Below are positions 58,722 through 64,000 of a stretch of DNA of 64,000 nucleotides, in pieces. The position numbers were made by a program, and so were the translations under genes. This DNA is from Zygnema circumcarinatum SAG 698-1b. Lineage: Eukaryota > Plantae > Zygnematophyceae. The first letter of the stretch is position 1; each line of letters opens with the position of its first letter. Location: the NCBI GenBank assembly GCA_037447605.1, contig CM074807.1, positions 2,862,327-2,926,326 of the forward strand. Direction: 5' to 3'. The notes beneath the pieces were generated by a model, which had not been told where the DNA came from, searched no databases, and saw only the letters and a program-made list of their open reading frames with translations.

Positions 58722-61002
58722 ATGAGGCAAGAAAGAGGCAGGAAGAGAGAGAGAGAGAGCGAGAGTGGGAGGGTAGCCGAAATTCCTGATACATTCCTCT
58801 TCCGGGAAAGGTCTATGGCGGTGATCACCGACAACTTCTCCGACACAAACCTGCTCGGAAGTGGACGCTATGGATCGGTCTACAGAGGCATGCTGAACGG
58901 CACCCCTGTGGCTGTGAAGAGGCTGCATGAGATCGGCCCCCTGGAAGGATTCGTGGAGGAGGTAGCGGCTCTACGCGGGCTGTGCCATCCCCATATTGTG
59001 CAGTTCATGGGATGGAGCCCCGAAGCGCGCTGCTTTTTAAGCGAGCATATGAGCGGAGGGAGCCTCGAGGACCGCCTGAGCGGTCCTGCTGCCAAGTACC
59101 CCCCCCTTGGTTGGGCGGACCGCGTCCGGATAGCATACGAGATGGCGTCCGCTCTTTTGTTCATGCACAAGAAAGGTATCATCCACTGCGATTTGAAGCC
59201 GGCGAACGTGCTATTGGACGAGAAACTCACCTGCAAAGTGGCGGTCATGGGCCTTAATCGAATGTTTTAGGGCACAACAACAATCCTAACCCGCAATTTC
59301 CAAGGCAATCCTGGGTACGTCATGTCCCAACCTGGTTTGATGCCACTTGAGCAGTTCTCTTTCCCGCCATCCTTTTCTGACCGTTACTCCCGCTCGTCCA
59401 TCCTCCGCGAGTTTATTGATGTTCACGTGGCCTTTGATAGCGAATACACAACTTTATAAAAAGCGGATCTACTCATCTGCCAAGGTCACCTTTCGCTGGT
59501 TCTTGACAGGTATCTTGCACCGGAGCACGCACTTAATGGATTGCTCACATCCATTGCCAACGTGTACGCCCTCGGCCTCATCATTTTGCAGCTACTCACG
59601 GGCGAACCCCGGATCGAGAAAATCCATGAACTCCTCGAGGCTGCGGGCCAGCTCAGCCCAAGCGCGACTTGGAGACGGCGAGAGCTCTCTTCGTGGAGAA
59701 GCTGGACCCGCGGGGAGGGGCGTGGGGGCGGGAACACACTGAGGCAACCCTCCTCGTGGCATTGCAGTGCGTGGAGAAGGAAAGATCTGCTCACCCAAGA
59801 CTTGAGAGCAATGTTCTGCCTCGGTTGCAGTGGGCAGCGGAGAATGCAAAGAACGGAAATCAACCAGATGCTGAGGTGCGTTCCAGGGTGGGCGTGGAGA
59901 AGCGCTGTGTTGGCATGCTGCTTGTTTTCCGGATGGCTTTGGAAGTTTATGCATGTGCAGATTCACCTATCGTGATTGACTTGTCTGCCGGGATAAAGGC
60001 TGTCTCGTCTGCAGATTGAGGAGAGATTTGAACCGTCCCTCAGTTAAGAGGGACTAGAATGCGTAAAGAACTTATCAGAACCCGAGTCCGTGGACCCTGA
60101 GTTTTTGCCTGTATCCATTTACTCATGCATTCCTGACAATGCTGACTTGTGATTCCCCTCCTTGCCTCGACTCGTCAGGTGGCAACCTTTAAAGAAGGTG
60201 AGGCAGAATTCCTCTAAGGTCGGCGCTACGCTAACGGGGATGGAGTCCCCAAGAACATGGAAAAGGCCGTTCAGCTCTACATGCGCGCTGCAAAGTATGG
60301 CGATCCTCAGGCTCAGTTCAATTTAGGTATGTTCTACGAGAACGGCAATGGAGTTCCCAAGGACACGAAAAAGGCTGTCCAGTTTTATATGCGCGCTGCA
60401 GAGAATGGGAATCGTAAGGCCCAGTTCAATTTAGGTTTGTGCTACGAGAACGGCAATGGAGTCCCCAAGGATATTGAGAAGGCTGTCGAGTTTTATATTC
60501 GCGCTGCAGACAATGGCGATCCTAAGGCCCAGTTCAATTTAGGTTTGCGCTTCAAGAACGGGGATGGAGTTCCCAAGGACATCGAAAAGGCTTTCCACTT
60601 TTATACGCACGCTGCAGAGAATGGAAGTCATAGGGCCAGTGCAATTTAGGTTGGTGCTACTATAATGGAAATGGAGTCGCCAAGGACATGGATCAGGCTG
60701 TCCAATTATATATGCGCGCTGCAGAGAATGGCAGTCCTGAGACCCAGTGCAATTTAGGGCGGCTTTACATGACCGGTAGTGGTGTTACAAAAGACATGAA
60801 TCGCGCTGTAGAGTTGCTTCAAAAGGCGGCGGATCAAGGACACGCAAACGCACAATTTGAGTTGGGCAAGATTTTCGCGGACGGGAACGGAGGCATTGAA
60901 AAGGACATCGAACTAGCAGTGAAAATGCTCACAAAAGCGGCAGACCAATCTCATGCTGAGGCTGCAAATATGTTGAGGATACAAACAAGGGGGACAGGGT
61001 AG
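58722..61002 (+). pseudogene. Receptor-like cytoplasmic/TKL-type protein kinase fused to 7 Sel1-like repeats; disrupted
   Basis: Kinase motifs: LLGSGRYGSVYRG, VAVKRL, HPHIV, IHCDLKPANVLLD, GNPG|YLAPE. A phase-0 intron (59876-60178) joins kinase to Sel1. Lesions: TAG 59268-59270, frameshift at about 59650-59670, TAA 60215-60217, 1-bp deletion at about 60637. Confidence 0.85.
60203..60960 (+). repeat. Tandem array of 108-bp Sel1 coding repeats
   Basis: Units start at 60203, 60311, 60419, 60527, 60635, 60742 and 60850 (AQFNLGxxYENGNGVPKDxEKAVxxYxRAAENG). Confidence 0.92.
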
Positions 61003-61791
61003 TGTACAGTTGTAGTGAGGGAAGAGACGGTGAAGTTAGTGACAGTGGCAAGGCTCAAAATATCAGCACAGGAATGTGCTTTTTTGATGAACTAGGCGTA
61101 AGGAAAAACGTAGAAAGGGTGAGAGTTCATTTGTAGAGAGCGGCGGGTCAAGGCCACTTGAAGGCAGAGTCCACTTTGGCGTTGATCAATAATCCCTGGA
61201 GAATATTCAGGTTGTGTTTTAGGGAGGCCATATAGTTTGAATGAAGGTTTTTAACTTATATTCTGTCTACTTCGTCTTTACTTAACTTTTGTTTACTTGT
61301 TTTGTGTCACTCCGAACAAAGCACGTAAGTCAACTCGAGCGTAGGCAGAGTTTCAATGAATGTGAATGTTCGATGCAAGCGCCTCTTGGGGGCTCTGAAA
61401 CCCTAAAAAGCTTCGAAACCCACGGAACCCTACTCTAAAGTCAGACGAAAGCAGTGCTCATATGACGATGGGAATGTTGGGCTTTTGCGATTTATAACTC
61501 TAGAAGGTGGCAAAGGGGGTGGCGCTGAGCTTTCGTTCGTTTATTTTTATATCCTTTGCTCAAAGCTAGGCAGTCCTCACCTTTGGATTCAAAGGTTGTA
61601 CTCCTTTTTTTTTCTTTTTCCTACGGACCAAACAGGTTGAGAACAAATGAAGTTAAAGATTTAGGCTGTTTGAACTTTTCTTTTCTTTAGCTGGTTGGTT
61701 CACTTGCAGCAAAATTGGAGGCAACAACGTACTAGATAACGCCTCTTCTACCACAGCCCGCCCTGCCTGCATGAGCCTACTTTACAACCCC

Positions 61792-63877
61792 TCATTCTGG
61801 GAGGGCCTGCTCAGAGTCCACATCATCTATGGTCTCCATTTGTGGTCCCTTTGGTTTGTTGTCTCCGCCCGCCTTCTTCTTGATTCCACTCACAATGTCG
61901 TCAATTCGCAGTAGCATGCACGAAGCCTCGATGGCTGTTTTGATTGTTTGAACCTTCACAGCATACGGCTCCCACACCTGCAGGTGAAGGAAAGCATGTC
62001 AGCTATACCTCATATCCACCTCAACCCTAATTTGCTCTCGTGTGCTTCCATCAGTTGGTAAAGCAAAAGGTTCTCTGCTCATGGACTGTTCTAAGAGGCC
62101 TAGCTGAGGGTCCCCCGGCTGATCTGACAGCACGCAAACAGAGTAACAATCGAACCACAGAATTCGATTGACACAAATTAGGAAACCTCCATAACTTGGT
62201 CACCGTATGCAAAACCGATAAACAACACGACATGCTCATAACTATACCTTCAAATGAGCGATAAATTTTAGAAATTCAGCAGCATCTTGATCCATACACA
62301 CTAAATGACATGCATGGCGGGTCCCGCTGCTGCTCTACACTTGCAGCAACCAATACACTCAACCCCGAGAACACAATATATGTCAAGCAAGCGCTACACC
62401 CTTTTCCTGCTTTCTCTGTTTTCTCGACATCCCCTCGCCCCCCGCCCCTCGCCCCCCGCGCCCCACCCCCCGCGCCCCACCCCCCCCAAAAAAAAAAAAA
62501 ATTCTTCCCAGCTCCACCATCCCAAAACATCTGCAGAATCACGGGTCTCTCCGTATACATAGTATCCATAACAAATGACTAGTGGGACTCAGGGAAAGGA
62601 AAGACAGCCAGCCGAAATCCACATACCCCAAGCTCCTTCATGTCTGTGATGGATCCCGTGTTCCCATCGATCCCAACCGTCGGATTGTCTCCCCCGGCAT
62701 GCTGGACGACACACAAGCGAACGCGTGGCAGCATCGGTCAGTGACCAACTCCCCAATATACCGAGAAATGCCTAAAGCAGGCGCCTTAGCAAAACATTAA
62801 AAGGAGAAACCAGCGAAAAATGAGAACCATCTGTTCTTTTCGTCTAGGCAAGTGCTGCCTCGCCCATTGCCTCGTGTCAGTCAGTGGTAGTCTCCGCACC
62901 TTGGCTTGGAGAGCTGTCATTGTTCTGACCACATTCACTCCACAGTTCTGTGCCAAAGTACGTGGAATAACTTCCATGCCGTTTGCCACCGTCCGATATG
63001 GGTACTGCCCCAGCATTCCCAGAACAGGAAACGCCGAGTAAGCTGAGACACACATTTTGTTTTTCCTTTGCAACTGAAGTCAAAGAAACGCAGACTGAAA
63101 CAAACGATAAAGGTCTCTGAGATCCGAGTTAATTCGCACCTGCTCAACACCTTTAATGGCGCTTGCCTTCTCTTTCAACGCTGCCGAAATTGCCATCTCC
63201 ACTGCGCCCCCTCCTGGGACAAGTTTGGGGTCTTGCACCACATTCCGTGCTACACCCATCGCATCCTGCACACCCATTTCCCCTTCTATACATTGTAAAG
63301 CCTCGTCCAGTTCAACAGAAGAACCAGTTGAAAGTGCTCTTTATTATCCGAAGATTAGCTTCCTCCAAAATATGTAGCAAATTCAGTCAAACAACAACCT
63401 CGCTAGGAACTCCCCATGATCTGCCCATTGACTTAAAATTCTCGCAACCTTCTAAGAACAAGAGCGCGCTCTCCTCACCTGCAAGTTTCGCTCGACTTCA
63501 TTGAGCACGTCTTTGCTTGCACCCCTCAGTAGAATAGTGCACGCTTTAGGTTCTTTGCATTCCACAATGAACGAAAAGAACTCATCTCCGATTTTGACCA
63601 CCTCAAAGAGCCCTGCACCCAAGCCAATATCGCTCTCTTGCAACTCCTCCACTCTATTCACGATCGTGGCTCCCACTGCTCTTGCAATGCGGTTGTTGTC
63701 TGTTTTCCTCACTCGCCGGATGGCACTAATTCCTGCCTTGCTGAGGAAGTGGGTTGCTAGGTCACTCAAGCCCTTCTCCGTGATAACAAGATCGGGTTTG
63801 AAGCTTGTTAAAATCGAGCATATCCGAGCAATATACTCTTCTTCTAACTTCAGCAGTGTGGACCTGACAGCACCCAC
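61792..63877 (-). CDS. CCT3: T-complex protein 1 subunit gamma (chaperonin CCT3), 5'-partial
   Basis: EEEYIARIC...KPDLVITEKGLSDLA...IRRVRKTDNNRIARAVGATIVNR...IGDEFFSFIVECKEPKACTILLRGASKDVLNEVERNLQ|DAMGVARN...PGGGAVEMA...EVIPRTLAQNCGVNVVRTMTALQAK...WEPYAVKVQTIKTAIEA...LLRIDDIVSG. Confidence 0.95.
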
Positions 63878-64000
63878 ATTTCCCCATTACTCATCATGAG
63901 AAACCCATCATTTGGATCCTTCATCTCTGCACAGGCGGAGGACGAGGACATTCACAATAAAAAGGCTTCGATTGTTCAAAGTCGGTTTCCATGCTCATGT

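Noticed and set aside
60203-60960. Regularly spaced repeats as a CRISPR array
   Set aside because: The 108-bp units are fully homologous coding Sel1 repeats with no unique spacers. The context is eukaryotic and there are no cas genes.
62580-62780. Possible intronic snoRNA in CCT3
   Set aside because: Only a short GATGG/CCATC hairpin is present, with no clear C/D or H/ACA architecture.

Overview
This is a gene-dense, intron-rich eukaryotic nuclear window. The gene set and sequence style suggest a green plant-lineage organism, most likely a streptophyte alga (inference). Gene order: IDH (+, 5'-partial), LRR protein (+), PI4-kinase alpha (+), pinin (+), stand-alone DHBP synthase-like ribB (-), MITE, NACK/kinesin-7 (-), EPCR-like gene (+), FLD/LDL demethylase (+), secreted PAN plus root-cap/VWD-like protein (-), nested MITE and hAT cluster, kinase-Sel1 pseudogene (+), CCT3 (-, 5'-partial). 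The most striking structure is a gap-free, roughly 706-bp-per-arm inverted duplication at 39155-40966. It copies the kinesin promoter and first about 166 codons head-to-head and fuses them in frame to an N-terminally truncated EPCR (Enhancer-of-Polycomb-related) gene, making a chimeric chromatin gene inside a palindrome. Also notable: an archaeal-looking RibB with altered catalytic residues, a prokaryote-type NADP-IDH with a cyanobacteria-like insertion, a hAT element with a perfect 8-bp TSD that has captured a LINE RT fragment, and recurring CCAT satellites and CGATA/CGTAC clusters upstream of genes. All family assignments come from motif recognition by eye; no searches were run. Assembly gaps lie at 56242-56341 and 58250-58259.
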